Origin: an uncultured delta proteobacterium
GTDB lineage: Bacteria; Myxococcota; Myxococcia; Myxococcales; Myxococcaceae
Direction of reading: 5' to 3'
Assembly (NCBI GenBank): GCA_963713045.1
Contig: CAVQKE010000003.1
Span: 320,001-384,000, forward strand
Length of the DNA: 64,000 nucleotides
Under the pieces are notes generated by a model. It ran no database searches and was not told the origin of the DNA. It saw nothing but the letters and a program-made list of their open reading frames with translations. Shown here piece by piece: positions 21,133-31,215 of this stretch (its first letter is position 1; the number at the start of each line of letters is the position of its first letter). The position numbers and the translations under genes were made by a program.

Positions 21133-21932
21133 CGGCCGCCTCCGGGCCCGTAGGTGCCTACCAGGGACAGCACCAGCAGGCCGAAGCCAGCCATGGTGAG
21201 CCACGCCACCCGGCGGCCCCGCCAGCCGGCAAGGACGCGGGCCTGCAATAACCCGGCAAAGACGAGCCAGGCCACGGCGGTGGTGATTTCCACCGCCTGG
21301 AAGGTGCGCGCCCCGTTGGTGCGCGAGGCCACCCACAGTCCGGTCACCAAGGTGAGGGACAGCGCGACGAAGCCCCACAGCACCAGGCGGCGGTTCAGGC
21401 CGTCGAGCAACTCCAAGGAGGGAATGCGCTGGAACAAAAGTCCGAAGCGCTTGCCCTTCACCTGCCGCTCCAGAAGGAGGAAGGCCACCGCCACGCCGGT
21501 GGCCACGGCAAAGACGGCCAGGCCGGCGAGTGCAACTCCAATGTGGGCCAGCAGCATGGGCGTCCAGGGGCCGGAGGTGGACGGTTGCGCTGAAGGTCCA
21601 AGCCACAGTGCGGGCAGCCACACTGCCACCGCGGCCGGCGCGAGGAAGGCGCCCAGCACCGGCGCCTGGGTGCGCAGCTCGACGGTGAGGAAGAGGGCCA
21701 CCAACAGGAAGGCGAGGATGCTGAGGGCCTCGGCAAACCCATGCGGCCGCCAGCCTTGGCCGGACAGAAGCAGGGCGAGCCCGACCCCCTGCAGCACCCA
21801 GCCCACCGCCGTCAGGACTCGGGCCGTCCACACCATGCCCTTGCGACGCCCGGCGAGCAGCGTCACGTAAGCGATGGCCCCGAAGCCATAGGCGTGAAAA
21901 GCGAGGACGAAGCAGAGGCGGGAGAGCGACAC
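21129..21932 (-). CDS. Cytochrome c assembly (CcsA/HemX-like) membrane protein
   Basis: About 8 TM helices, conserved His (LAHIG), PSLELLD, GWRGRR; directly upstream of hemA. Confidence 0.85.
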   Translation of the reverse strand: MSLSRLCFVLAFHAYGFGAIAYVTLLAGRRKGMVWTARVLTAVGWVLQGVGLALLLSGQGWRPHGFAEALSILAFLLVALFLTVELRTQAPVLGAFLAPAAVAVWLPALWLGPSAQPSTSGPWTPMLLAHIGVALAGLAVFAVATGVAVAFLLLERQVKGKRFGLLFQRIPSLELLDGLNRRLVLWGFVALSLTLVTGLWVASRTNGARTFQAVEITTAVAWLVFAGLLQARVLAGWRGRRVAWLTMAGFGLLVLSLVGTYGPGGGR

Positions 21933-21948
21933 GGGGGCAGTGGGGAGA

Positions 21949-22311
21949 CTAAAGCTTGTCCAACAGGAATTGCGCCAAGAGGTCCGTTTCCTTCTCCGGC
22001 TTCAGCGCGGCGGCAAAGTCCGCGTCGGGTAGCTGCACCAGGTAGCCGCGCTGTACGTCGTAGGCGCTCTCGCCCAACAGGACCGAGTCCGCCAACTGTT
22101 CGGCCGAGAGAGCATCCAGTTGACCGATGGTTTTGACCTTGTGCAACAGCTTCTGTTCGTCGGCGCCAGTCACCAGCCGGGCCACGTGCACCGCGTCCTC
22201 GACCGGGAGCCGCGCCGGCTCGCCACGAATCACCAGGTGCTTTTCCTGGACGTCTGCCTTGTCGGCCAGCGCCCACTCCTCGAGGGTAGCCTGCGAAAGA
22301 AATAGCTTCAC
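21949..22311 (-). CDS. Hypothetical protein
   Basis: Protein-like stretch from GTG 22311 (VKLFLSQATLEEW...LLAQFLLDKL); 16 nt from the next gene. Confidence 0.7.
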   Translation of the reverse strand: MKLFLSQATLEEWALADKADVQEKHLVIRGEPARLPVEDAVHVARLVTGADEQKLLHKVKTIGQLDALSAEQLADSVLLGESAYDVQRGYLVQLPDADFAAALKPEKETDLLAQFLLDKL

Positions 22312-22498
22312 GTCCACCCAGCACTCTAGCACCCAGCCTCGGAAGTCCCTGACTTCATTCGACCAACCGCAGAAGGCCCCCAGGGACGCCGCCAGGCCTT
22401 GAAACATAGGACCCCTTCGCGCGTCTAACGTTGCGTGAAGGCAGGGCGGTTTGCTAACCCCCTGCTGAGTTTTGGTGGTGAAAAGGAGTTGGACGCAC

Positions 22499-22828
22499 AT
22501 GGCAGGACAAGACGTGTTTCACACCTCGGACGCCGACTTCGCCAAGCAGGTGCTCGAGTCACAGGAGCCGGTGCTGGTGGACTTCTGGGCCACCTGGTGC
22601 GGGCCTTGTAAGGCCATCGCCCCCAGCCTCGACGCGCTGGCCAGCCAGTACAAAGGCAAGGTGAAGGTGGCCAAGCTGAACATCGACGAGGAGCAGAAGA
22701 CGGCGCAGGCCTATGGCATTCGCAGCATCCCCACCCTGTTACTCTTCAAGGCGGGAAAGGTGATTGACCAGGTGGTGGGCGCAGTCCCCAAGGCCAAGCT
22801 GGAAGAGACCTTCAAAAAGGCGCTGTAG
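22499..22828 (+). CDS. trxA: Thioredoxin
   Basis: DFWATWCGPCK, IRSIPTL; AGGAG RBS. Confidence 0.97.
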   Translation: MAGQDVFHTSDADFAKQVLESQEPVLVDFWATWCGPCKAIAPSLDALASQYKGKVKVAKLNIDEEQKTAQAYGIRSIPTLLLFKAGKVIDQVVGAVPKAKLEETFKKAL

Positions 22829-22877
22829 GGGTCCCTTCGGTTGGCCCCGGGGCCGGCTTGGCCGTCCCTGGGGGCGG

Positions 22878-23513
22878 TTAGCGTTTGGGCGGGGCGATGG
22901 CCTCGCCAATCCGCCACGGGTCGGCCGGAGCGGTGACCTTCAACAGTTCCCAGGCGGCCAAGGCGTCCACCACGCGGTCCAATTCGGACTCGATGGCCCG
23001 GGTGCGGGCCGTTGCCAAGTAGCCTTCGGCGAAACGGCGCAGCTGCTCGCCGAGAAAGAGCCGGGCCAGGGTGACCTCGGTTTGCTTGAAGAATTCGAGA
23101 AAGCGCAAGCCCATCCCAGAGCGTCCGGTGCGGTCGTCGGTGCGCTCCTGACGCAGCACCTCCGCGCGAGCCTCCACCGGCGCCCCCTTGGCATCCAATT
23201 CAAAGCGCACCATCAGCTCCGTCCCCACCGGAAGGAAGAAGGTGGATTCGATGAAAGCGCCGCTGACGCTCAGATTTTCTGAGCCCAAGGTGGCGCTGAA
23301 GCGTCGGTCTTGGCCTTCGCCAATCCACAGCCGGAAGGGCACGCGCAGCCGTGCCCTTGGAAAGGAGCGGTGCTCCGGGCCCGGGGCGGAGGTGTCGAGC
23401 GCGATGCCGCTCGGCAAGCTGGCCGGTGGCGCCTCCCCATGTAGGCCCCTGCCGGTCGACGGACTGCTCGCCGAGACCACTCCGGTACGCGTGGTGATGG
23501 TCGTCTTCGCCAT
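22878..23513 (-). CDS. PilZ-domain protein (myxobacterial type)
   Basis: RxxxR (HRSFPR) and NLSVSG motifs, GMGLRF; likely ATG at 23513 after GGAGG. Confidence 0.85.
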   Translation of the reverse strand: MAKTTITTRTGVVSASSPSTGRGLHGEAPPASLPSGIALDTSAPGPEHRSFPRARLRVPFRLWIGEGQDRRFSATLGSENLSVSGAFIESTFFLPVGTELMVRFELDAKGAPVEARAEVLRQERTDDRTGRSGMGLRFLEFFKQTEVTLARLFLGEQLRRFAEGYLATARTRAIESELDRVVDALAAWELLKVTAPADPWRIGEAIAPPKR

Positions 23514-23597
23514 GCCCCCTCCCGGGAACTTTGCCAAAAAGACGTAGGCGCTGGGCCTGCACTTCATACACCATGTCGGCGCAAGGGGAGACCGCAC

Positions 23598-24977
23598 ATG
23601 CTGGGCAACCTGCTCAAGCCGGAATTCGAAGCGCTGCTTCAGGCTCGCGACTACGACACCCTCCGCTCGGCCTTCGAGGAGATGTCACCACCGGACATCG
23701 CGGAGGTCCTCGAGGACCTGCCGGCGGAATCCAGCGGGGTGCTGTTCCGGGTGTTACCTCGCGACGTCGCCACCACCGTCTTTGAATACTTGCCCGTCGA
23801 CCAGCAGACGGAAGTGGTGGAGATGCTCGGCACCGAGCAATTGGTGGGCGTTCTCAATCAGATGGCGCCGGACGACCGGACCCGTCTCTTCGAGGAGCTG
23901 CCGGCGGAGGTGACGAAGCGTGCCTTGGCCATCCTCACCCCCGACCAGCTGAGCCAGGCGCGGCAACTGCTGGGCTACCCGGAGAACAAGGCCGGCCGCT
24001 ACATGACGCCGCGGTACCTGGCCCTGCGGCCCACCGCCACCGCCGAGGAGGCCCTGCACTACGTGCGCGAGCACGGCCAGGGCATCGAGACGGCGGACGT
24101 CATCTACGTCACCGACGAGAAGGGCCGACTGCTGGACGACATCCCCCTGGTGGCGCTGGTGAAGGCGCAGCCCAACAGTCAGCTTTCAGCCCTCGACGAC
24201 GGACACCTGGTCAGCATCCGCGCCACCGACGACCGGAGCGACGTGGTGTCGATGTTTGAAAAATATGACTTGGTGGCGCTGCCGGTGACGGACAGCCAGG
24301 GCATCCTGCTCGGCATCATCACCGTCGACGACGTCTTGGACGCCGCCGAGGCGAAGGCCACCAAGGACATCCAGGCGCTGGGCGGTGTCGAGGCCCTGGA
24401 CGCGCCCTACTTCGACGTGGGCTTCGTCAGCATGTGCAAGAAACGGGGCGGCTGGCTGTCGGTGCTCTTCTTGGGCGAGATGCTGACGGCCACCGCGATG
24501 ACGGCCTTCGAGGACGAGCTGGCCAAGGCGGTGGTGTTGTCGCTGTTTTTGCCACTCATCATCTCCAGCGGCGGCAACTCCGGCTCGCAGGCCACCTCCA
24601 TCCTCATCCGTTCGCTGGCCCTGAAAGAAGTCCGGCTGCGGGATTGGTGGCGGGTGGCCAGCCGCGAGCTGGCCAGCGGGCTGACCTTGGGCGCGCTGCT
24701 TGGCTGCATCGGCTTTCTGCGAATTACGGTTTGGGCCAAGGTGTTTCACCAATACGGCGAGCACTACTTTTTGGTGGCCTCGGTGGTGGCCCTGGCCCTG
24801 GTGGGGGTGGTGCTGTACGGCAACCTGGTAGGCTCGATGCTGCCCTTCATCCTGCGCCGCATGGGCTTTGACCCGGCCAAGGCCTCCGCACCCTTCGTGG
24901 CCACTCTGGTCGACGTCAGTGGCCTCATCATCTACTTCAACATTGCCAAGCTCATCTTCCGGGGCACGCTGCTGTAA
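23598..24977 (+). CDS. mgtE: Magnesium transporter MgtE
   Basis: N domain, CBS pair, GGNSGSQ, DPAKASAPFVATLVDVSG. Confidence 0.96.
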   Translation: MLGNLLKPEFEALLQARDYDTLRSAFEEMSPPDIAEVLEDLPAESSGVLFRVLPRDVATTVFEYLPVDQQTEVVEMLGTEQLVGVLNQMAPDDRTRLFEELPAEVTKRALAILTPDQLSQARQLLGYPENKAGRYMTPRYLALRPTATAEEALHYVREHGQGIETADVIYVTDEKGRLLDDIPLVALVKAQPNSQLSALDDGHLVSIRATDDRSDVVSMFEKYDLVALPVTDSQGILLGIITVDDVLDAAEAKATKDIQALGGVEALDAPYFDVGFVSMCKKRGGWLSVLFLGEMLTATAMTAFEDELAKAVVLSLFLPLIISSGGNSGSQATSILIRSLALKEVRLRDWWRVASRELASGLTLGALLGCIGFLRITVWAKVFHQYGEHYFLVASVVALALVGVVLYGNLVGSMLPFILRRMGFDPAKASAPFVATLVDVSGLIIYFNIAKLIFRGTLL

Positions 24978-24990
24978 GCAGCGGGCGTTG

Positions 24991-26136
24991 TCAGAAGAAG
25001 TGACGCCTCATGGAGACGTTGGCCACCAGGCCGAGCGACAGCAGCACACTCACCATGCTGGAGCCACCGTAGGACATGAGGGGCAGCGTAATGCCCGTCA
25101 CTGGAAGGAGGCCCACCACCATGCCGATGTTCTCAAACACCTGCCAAAACAGCATTGCCGCCACCCCGACCGCGAGGAAGGCACCAAAGCGGTCGCGCGC
25201 CTGGAAGGACACGCCCAGGGCGAAGGAAAAAATCAGGCCGTAGAGCACCAGCAACACCAGGCACGCGAGAAAGCCGTGCTCTTCGGCCCACACCGAAAAG
25301 ATGAAGTCGGTGTGCTGCTCGGGAAGGAAGAAGAGGCCGGTCTGCGTCCCCTGCATCCAGCCCTTCCCGAGAAAGCCTCCCGAGCCAACGGCAATCTTCG
25401 ACTGCGCCGCGTGGTACCCCGAGCCGCGTAGGTCGCTGTCCGGGGAGAGCCACCCGGCAATGCGGGCACTCTGGTGGCGCTTGAGGACGTTGCGAATCAG
25501 GGTGCGGTGGCCGTCGGAGGGGTCCCGCACGTAGTCGTTCCAGATGATGGCCGACAGCGCCAGCAGCCCCACCAGCCCAGTCACCAGAAGCCCTCGGCGC
25601 AAGCGGGCGAAGAGCAGCACCGTGGCGGCGGTGAGCAGCACCATCAGGGCATTGCCCAAGTCCGGCAGCACCAGCGCCGCCGACAGGACGGCCAGCAGCG
25701 CTGGCTTCCAGACGTCGGAGACACCGAGTGGCTCATCCGGTTGGCGCTGCAGGTCATGAAATAGCTTGGCCAGAAGGACAATCAGCGCCACCTTCATGAA
25801 TTCCGCTGGTTCCATCCGCAGCGGGCCCAGCGCCAGCCAGCTGGCGGCGCCCTTGGCCCGGTGGCCCAGGACACGCAGCAGCAAGAGCAGCGCCACGTTG
25901 AGTCCATAGAAGGGCCACGCCATGCGCTGTAGGAAGCGGTAGTCGACCAGACACACCCCGAGCGCGGCGAACAGGCCGACCGCCAGGTTGATGCTCTGCC
26001 GCGTCCACAATGGGCTGTGGGGCGGGCGCGAGGCCGAGGCGAGGTTGAAAATGCCCAGCACGGCGATGGCCAACGTCACTGCCACCAGGCCCCAGGGCAC
26101 GTGGGGCACCATCCGCCGCTCGATGCGCAACAGCAT
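24991..26136 (-). CDS. rodA: Rod shape-determining SEDS protein RodA
   Basis: EPAEFMK, PDLG, GYHAAQSKIAVGSGG, LPEQHTDFIF, LPLMSYGGSS. Confidence 0.96.
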   Translation of the reverse strand: MLLRIERRMVPHVPWGLVAVTLAIAVLGIFNLASASRPPHSPLWTRQSINLAVGLFAALGVCLVDYRFLQRMAWPFYGLNVALLLLLRVLGHRAKGAASWLALGPLRMEPAEFMKVALIVLLAKLFHDLQRQPDEPLGVSDVWKPALLAVLSAALVLPDLGNALMVLLTAATVLLFARLRRGLLVTGLVGLLALSAIIWNDYVRDPSDGHRTLIRNVLKRHQSARIAGWLSPDSDLRGSGYHAAQSKIAVGSGGFLGKGWMQGTQTGLFFLPEQHTDFIFSVWAEEHGFLACLVLLVLYGLIFSFALGVSFQARDRFGAFLAVGVAAMLFWQVFENIGMVVGLLPVTGITLPLMSYGGSSMVSVLLSLGLVANVSMRRHFF

Positions 26137-26139
26137 TGC

Positions 26140-28179
26140 TTAGGGTCCCGGTGGGGTCGGCGGCGGCAAAACACGGGCCAAGGGCCTGGCCTGCGCGGCG
26201 GTGCGCGTCTCGTCCGGCGCTGGCCCGGCGGCCGGCGGGCGCGGCGGCTTCACCTCCGCTGCCGGCCGAGGAGGCAGTGGGACGGAGGGCAACGACGTGG
26301 TGGCGGCAATGCTGGCGCTGGCGTCGCCGCGTTTGAGCTCAAAAAACTTCTCGATGATGGCGGCGGCGGTGGGAGCGGCCTCCGAGGCGCCGTGGCCGCC
26401 GTGCTCGCTGAGGACCACCACCACCAATTCCGGCTCCTCCGCCGGGGCGATGGCCGCGAACCAGGCGTGGTCGCGCTGCCAGAAGTTGAGCGAAGCCTCC
26501 TTGACCCGCACCTTGCCCAGGGTGGTGACTTGAGCGGTGCCCGTCTTGCCGGCGTACTTGATGTCGGCCAGCCGAGAACGGTAGGCGGTGCCGCCCGGCT
26601 CATTCACCACCGCCGTCAGCGCGTCGAGGACCAGACGACGGTTGTCCGGGTCGATCGGCACCTGGCGCATTACCTCTGGCTGAAACTCCTGCAGCGTCTT
26701 GCCGTCCGGACTTTCAATGCGCCGCACCAGCTGCGGGCGAAACAGCTGCCCGCCATTGGCGATGGTGGCGTAGACGTTGGCCAGCTGCAGCGGGGTGACG
26801 TTGACGTCGCCTTGGCCAATGGCGCTGTTGAGGGCGAGGCCTTTGGTGTAGCCGCCCGGGGTGACGCGGTCATGGTAAGCGCTGTCCGGCATGATGCCGG
26901 GGACTTCCGCCACCACGCCCACCGCGGTTGGCGCCCCGAGTCCCAAGGCCCGGCCCATCTGCGCGATGGGGTCAAGCCCGAGCAAGTCCGCCACGTGGTA
27001 GAAGTAGGTGTCACAGGAGTGCTGCAGCGCATGTCGCGCGTCCATTAGTCCGTGTCCGGCCTCGTACCAGCAGCGCCAGCGCCGAGCGCCGAGCGTGTAG
27101 CCTCCGCTGCAATTCACCAAGGCGTTGGGCGACAGCACCCGGCTCTGCAGCGCGGCCAACGCGGTGACTACTTTAAACGTTGACCCCGGGCTGTAGTGCT
27201 GCTGGGTGGGCCTGAAAATCATCGGCTGAAGCGGGTCTCTGGCCAGCTCCGCCATTTGTGCCGCCGTCACCCGCCCGGTTAGCAGGTTGGGGTCGAAGCC
27301 CGGGCGGGACACCATCGCCAGGATGTAGCCGGTGCGCACGTCCATCGCCACCACGGCACCGGCCACCGCTGGGAAAGCGCGCTCCGCCTCTGCTTGCAGG
27401 CGCATGTCCAGGCTGAGCACCACCGTGTCCCCCGGGCGGGGGGACACCGGCGTGCGGCCGGCGAGCAAGTCATTCAACTCCTGAATGGTTTCCCCCCGCG
27501 CATTCACCACTTCTTGCCGCAAGCCATCCACGCCCCGCAGCTCGCGCTCGAAGCGGCGCTCCACGCCGCGTCGGCCGACGAAGTCCCCCAGCGCATAGTT
27601 GGAGCCGGCCGGCGCTTGGTCGAGCTCCTCCTGCGAAATCTCGTTCATGTAGCCGACCACGTGGGAAAGCACCGCGCCGGCCCGGTATTGCCGGTGGGGA
27701 ACGGCCGGCCAGTCCACGCCCGCCAGCTCCGGCTTGTGCGCCGCCAGCGTGTCCAGCTCGTCGCGGGTGAGGTCCAACTGCACCGGGACACTTTGGAACG
27801 GGGCACTCTTCTTTGCCGCGCGCAGCAGCGCCTCGACGTGCGCGCGGGTCAGGTCATCCCAAGCGAGCCACCCGGCCAGCCGGGGCAGCACCTCCTCGGT
27901 ACAGTGCTCGCAGAAGGCCGGGGTGATGAAGACGTCAAAAGAGGGACGGCTGTCCACCAGCACTTCCCCGCGCCGGTCTTTGATGATGCCTCGGTCGGCC
28001 CGGATGCGAATCTCCTTCACGAAGTTGGCGACCGACTTGGCGGCGTATTCGTCGCCCCGAATGATTTGCAACCGGTAGAGGCGCACGGTCAGCAACAGCA
28101 GGCCGGCCAGCATGGCCACGCCCAGCCACAGCGCTCGCTGCTTCAAGTCCCGTCCGCTGGTGGACTGGCCGAGGGTCAT
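26140..28179 (-). CDS. mrdA: Penicillin-binding protein 2
   Basis: N-terminal TM; PGSTFK (SxxK), SCD (SxN-like), KTGT; ATG 28179 overlaps the mreD stop. Confidence 0.95.
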   Translation of the reverse strand: MTLGQSTSGRDLKQRALWLGVAMLAGLLLLTVRLYRLQIIRGDEYAAKSVANFVKEIRIRADRGIIKDRRGEVLVDSRPSFDVFITPAFCEHCTEEVLPRLAGWLAWDDLTRAHVEALLRAAKKSAPFQSVPVQLDLTRDELDTLAAHKPELAGVDWPAVPHRQYRAGAVLSHVVGYMNEISQEELDQAPAGSNYALGDFVGRRGVERRFERELRGVDGLRQEVVNARGETIQELNDLLAGRTPVSPRPGDTVVLSLDMRLQAEAERAFPAVAGAVVAMDVRTGYILAMVSRPGFDPNLLTGRVTAAQMAELARDPLQPMIFRPTQQHYSPGSTFKVVTALAALQSRVLSPNALVNCSGGYTLGARRWRCWYEAGHGLMDARHALQHSCDTYFYHVADLLGLDPIAQMGRALGLGAPTAVGVVAEVPGIMPDSAYHDRVTPGGYTKGLALNSAIGQGDVNVTPLQLANVYATIANGGQLFRPQLVRRIESPDGKTLQEFQPEVMRQVPIDPDNRRLVLDALTAVVNEPGGTAYRSRLADIKYAGKTGTAQVTTLGKVRVKEASLNFWQRDHAWFAAIAPAEEPELVVVVLSEHGGHGASEAAPTAAAIIEKFFELKRGDASASIAATTSLPSVPLPPRPAAEVKPPRPPAAGPAPDETRTAAQARPLARVLPPPTPPGP

Positions 28180-28700
28180 TTGTGCAGCTCGAGCAGCCCG
28201 GGCTCCACCCGCTCGGCGACGGGTCCGAAGCGCTGCAGGAGCGGGTACAGGCAGAAGGCAGCCGCGCCAGTCAGCACGACTTCCAGCGGGAGCCCGGCCG
28301 GAGACAGGCCGGCCACCCCCCATGTCTTGCTGGTGAGCCAGCTGACCAACAGCGCGAGCAGCCCGTGCACCGCATCGGCCCCCATCGCAAACAGGGCGAA
28401 GCCGGTTATCCCGCGGACCTCCACCAGGGAACGTGCGACGCGGCCCAAGAGGAAGGTGAGCACCGCGAGGAAGGTGTACAGCCCGGTGGGCCGGCCGCTC
28501 ATCAAGTCCAAAAGGTAGCCCACCGCGAAGGCGCCGAAGGCCCCTTCGAGGAGCCCCGCCCGGAGCGAAAGGAAGGCGACCATGGCGACTGTCACGTCAA
28601 TGCGCGCCAGCGTCAGCCCGAGGTATTTCACCAGGACCGACTCCACCGCCAAAAGCACCAGCGCCAGTGCGGCGACAAACAAAAGACGGGCCATCGTCAT
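28176..28700 (-). CDS. mreD: Rod shape-determining protein MreD
   Basis: Polytopic membrane protein with GYLLDLMSG; between mreC and mrdA. Confidence 0.8.
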   Translation of the reverse strand: MTMARLLFVAALALVLLAVESVLVKYLGLTLARIDVTVAMVAFLSLRAGLLEGAFGAFAVGYLLDLMSGRPTGLYTFLAVLTFLLGRVARSLVEVRGITGFALFAMGADAVHGLLALLVSWLTSKTWGVAGLSPAGLPLEVVLTGAAAFCLYPLLQRFGPVAERVEPGLLELHK

Positions 28701-29581
28701 CGAGGCCGCTCCTCAACCCGCGCCGGGACTGGCGCGCCGCGTGGAAGGAGGGCCGCCGTTCCGGGCGGCGCCGAGAGCACCAGCACCTCTTCCAGCCGGG
28801 AGAAGTCCACCGAAGGCAGCAGCATGGCGCCCAAAAACATCCCCGACCCCTGCCGCTGCACCTCGGTGGCCCGTCCCACCATCAACCCCGGCGGGTAGAC
28901 GCCGTCCGTTCCGGACGTCACCACGGCGTCGCCCTCCTCCAAGTCCTCCGCGCGGGCCAGGTAGTCAAGGCGCAACAGCCGCTCGTCGCCGGTTCCGGCG
29001 GCGCCGGCCCGGGCGCGGGTGCGCTGCACGCGCACGCCGAGGCGCGAATTGGGGTCGGCCAACAGAAGCACATCGGCCGAGCTGCTGGTGACGCGAAGCA
29101 CCTGTCCTACCACCCCGTCCGGCGTCACCACCGGCAGGTTCCGCGCCACGCCGTCGGCCTCGCCCCGGTTGATGCGCACGGTGAGGCGGTTGGCGTCGGG
29201 GTTGATGCCCACCACCCGGGCGGCCACCAACGGCCCAGTTTGCGCCTCGGCGTAGTTGAGAAGGCGCCGCAGGCGCTCGTTCTCCGTCCGCGCCTCCTGC
29301 ATCCCGCTGACGTCCTGACGCAGCTGTTGAATTTCCTCGCGCATCGCCACGTTTTCCCGCTCCACCCGCCGCAGTGAGACGTAGCGCCCCCAGCTGGACG
29401 TCACGGCGTCGATGACGGACACCAGGCCTCGCTGCACCGGGGCACTCACGCCGAGCAGCGCGGTGTCCACGACGTTGGGCTCACGCACGCTGCGGCCGGA
29501 GCTGAGGAGACTGATGAGGGGGTAGGCCAACAGCACCAGCACGAGCAACGGCTCGAGGTGACGCTTCAGCAGGGCCAACAC
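28697..29581 (-). CDS. mreC: Rod shape-determining protein MreC
   Basis: TM, coiled coil ENERLRRLL, GVVGQV, TSGTDGVYPPG. Confidence 0.95.
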   Translation of the reverse strand: MLALLKRHLEPLLVLVLLAYPLISLLSSGRSVREPNVVDTALLGVSAPVQRGLVSVIDAVTSSWGRYVSLRRVERENVAMREEIQQLRQDVSGMQEARTENERLRRLLNYAEAQTGPLVAARVVGINPDANRLTVRINRGEADGVARNLPVVTPDGVVGQVLRVTSSSADVLLLADPNSRLGVRVQRTRARAGAAGTGDERLLRLDYLARAEDLEEGDAVVTSGTDGVYPPGLMVGRATEVQRQGSGMFLGAMLLPSVDFSRLEEVLVLSAPPGTAALLPRGAPVPARVEERPR

Positions 29582-29640
29582 GTTCGGGGAGTGTCCTTCT
29601 AAGACTGCTCAATCCCTTGCACTTTCCCCCCGGGTTGCCT

Positions 29641-31215
29641 ATGCGGTCAACCCCTTCCATGAGCGCCTTCGAGCCCCGACGCCTCTTCAGCTTCCTCTTC
29701 GTGCTCGCCATCGCGGTGGTTTTCGTCCTGCAGTTCGGCCCCGGCAGTCGGGGCTGTGATGCCCCGCTCACCCCCAGTGTGAGCACCGCAGCGGCGCTGG
29801 TGAACGGCAAGGAAATCCCCCTGCGCGACTTCCAGCGGGCCTACGCCCTTCGGCTCCAAGCCTACCGCTCCCAGGGCGAGCTTCCAGAAGCCTTCCTGCA
29901 GCAGATTGCCGCCGGAACCCTGGACGAGATGGTGAGCTTTGAGCTCCTCAGCCAGGCAGCCGAGGCCTCTGGCGTCGGCATCTCGGACGATGAATTGCTG
30001 GAAATCCTCCATAAGAACAGAGAGTTCCAGAAGGACGGCGCCTTCGACTTCGAGCGCTATTCGCAGGTGCTCCGCGACTACTACGGCAAGACGCCGGCCG
30101 ACTTCGAGGCGGAGCTCCGCCGGCGGCTGGCCGCGGTGCGCCAGCTGGAGATGGTGGAGTCCACCGCGGTGGTCAGTGAAGACGAGGTGTATGCCCGTTT
30201 TCTCAAAGACGGCGACACGGTGACGCTGACGGTTGTGCGCTTTTTGCCCAGCATGTTCGCCAGCCAGCTGAAGGCGCCCACACCGGCGGAAATTGCCGCC
30301 TACCGGGCATCCCACGACGCGGCGGTCCAGGCCTACTACGCCGAAAACCCAGCCTCCTACCGCACCGAGGAGAAGGTGCGCGCCCGCCACCTGCTGGTGC
30401 AGCTGGCAAAGGACGCTCCGCCGGCTGCGGTGGCCGAAGCCAAGGCCAAGGCCGAGGGCTACCGGCAAGAAATTCTCGGCGGAAAGCCCTTCGCCGACGT
30501 GGCCCGCGCCTCCTCCGACGACGTCGGCACCAAAGCCGTCGGCGGGGACCTCGGCTGGGCGGAGCGCAACGCCTACGTCCCCGAATTCGCGCGGGCCGCC
30601 TTTAGCCTCAAGGTGGGCGAGGTTTCCGAGCCCGTCCGGACGCCCTTCGGCTGGCACCTCATTCTGGTGGAGGAGAAGCAGCCGGCCGTGGCCAAGCCCC
30701 TGGCCGAAGTCGCTGACGACATTGCGACGCTGCTGCTGAAGCGCGAACGGGCCCGAGCGCTGGCCGAGGCCGAGGCCAAGCGGACGCTGGCCGCCGTCGA
30801 GGCCGGCAAGTCCCTCACCCAGCTGCACCCCGGGAAGAAGGAGGCAGAAGGCAGCTTCGAGCTGGCCAAAAAGCCCGAGGCCGTGGACACCGGCAGCTTC
30901 AGCGTCTCGCGTTCCTTCGTCCCGCAGGTGGGCCCGGCGCCGGAGTTGCTGGCGGCGGCGGCCGCGGCCTCGGCGGTGGGGCCGCTGCCCAACGTGTTCC
31001 CCGCCGGCGAGGGCTTCGTGGTGGCGGAAGTGACGGCGCGCGAGCGCGCGACGAAAAGCAGCTTCGATGCGAAGAAGGCCAGCGTCTGGGCCGATGCGCT
31101 GAGGGCCAAACAAAGCACGCTGCGCACCTCCTACCTCGAGGCGCTGAAGAAGACGGCCAAAGTCGTCACCAACCAAAGCCTGGTGGGTGCGGCTCCCCTC
31201 AATCAGGCGGGCTGA
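29641..31215 (+). CDS. PpiD/SurA-type peptidyl-prolyl isomerase chaperone
   Basis: N-terminal TM, SurA_N (VNGKEI), parvulin motifs ARHLL, GGDLGW, FGWHLI; start uncertain (29617-29659). Confidence 0.9.
   Translation: MRSTPSMSAFEPRRLFSFLFVLAIAVVFVLQFGPGSRGCDAPLTPSVSTAAALVNGKEIPLRDFQRAYALRLQAYRSQGELPEAFLQQIAAGTLDEMVSFELLSQAAEASGVGISDDELLEILHKNREFQKDGAFDFERYSQVLRDYYGKTPADFEAELRRRLAAVRQLEMVESTAVVSEDEVYARFLKDGDTVTLTVVRFLPSMFASQLKAPTPAEIAAYRASHDAAVQAYYAENPASYRTEEKVRARHLLVQLAKDAPPAAVAEAKAKAEGYRQEILGGKPFADVARASSDDVGTKAVGGDLGWAERNAYVPEFARAAFSLKVGEVSEPVRTPFGWHLILVEEKQPAVAKPLAEVADDIATLLLKRERARALAEAEAKRTLAAVEAGKSLTQLHPGKKEAEGSFELAKKPEAVDTGSFSVSRSFVPQVGPAPELLAAAAAASAVGPLPNVFPAGEGFVVAEVTARERATKSSFDAKKASVWADALRAKQSTLRTSYLEALKKTAKVVTNQSLVGAAPLNQAG

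Noticed and set aside
19852..21831. Long N-terminal extensions in the ORF track for hemA, addA, yggS, mrdA and chrA
   Set aside because: They overlap upstream genes; downstream starts fit family N-termini, most with coupled stop/start overlaps
22320..22460. CIRCE-like or sigma-32-like half sites upstream of trxA
   Set aside because: The second half-site and the spacing do not fit
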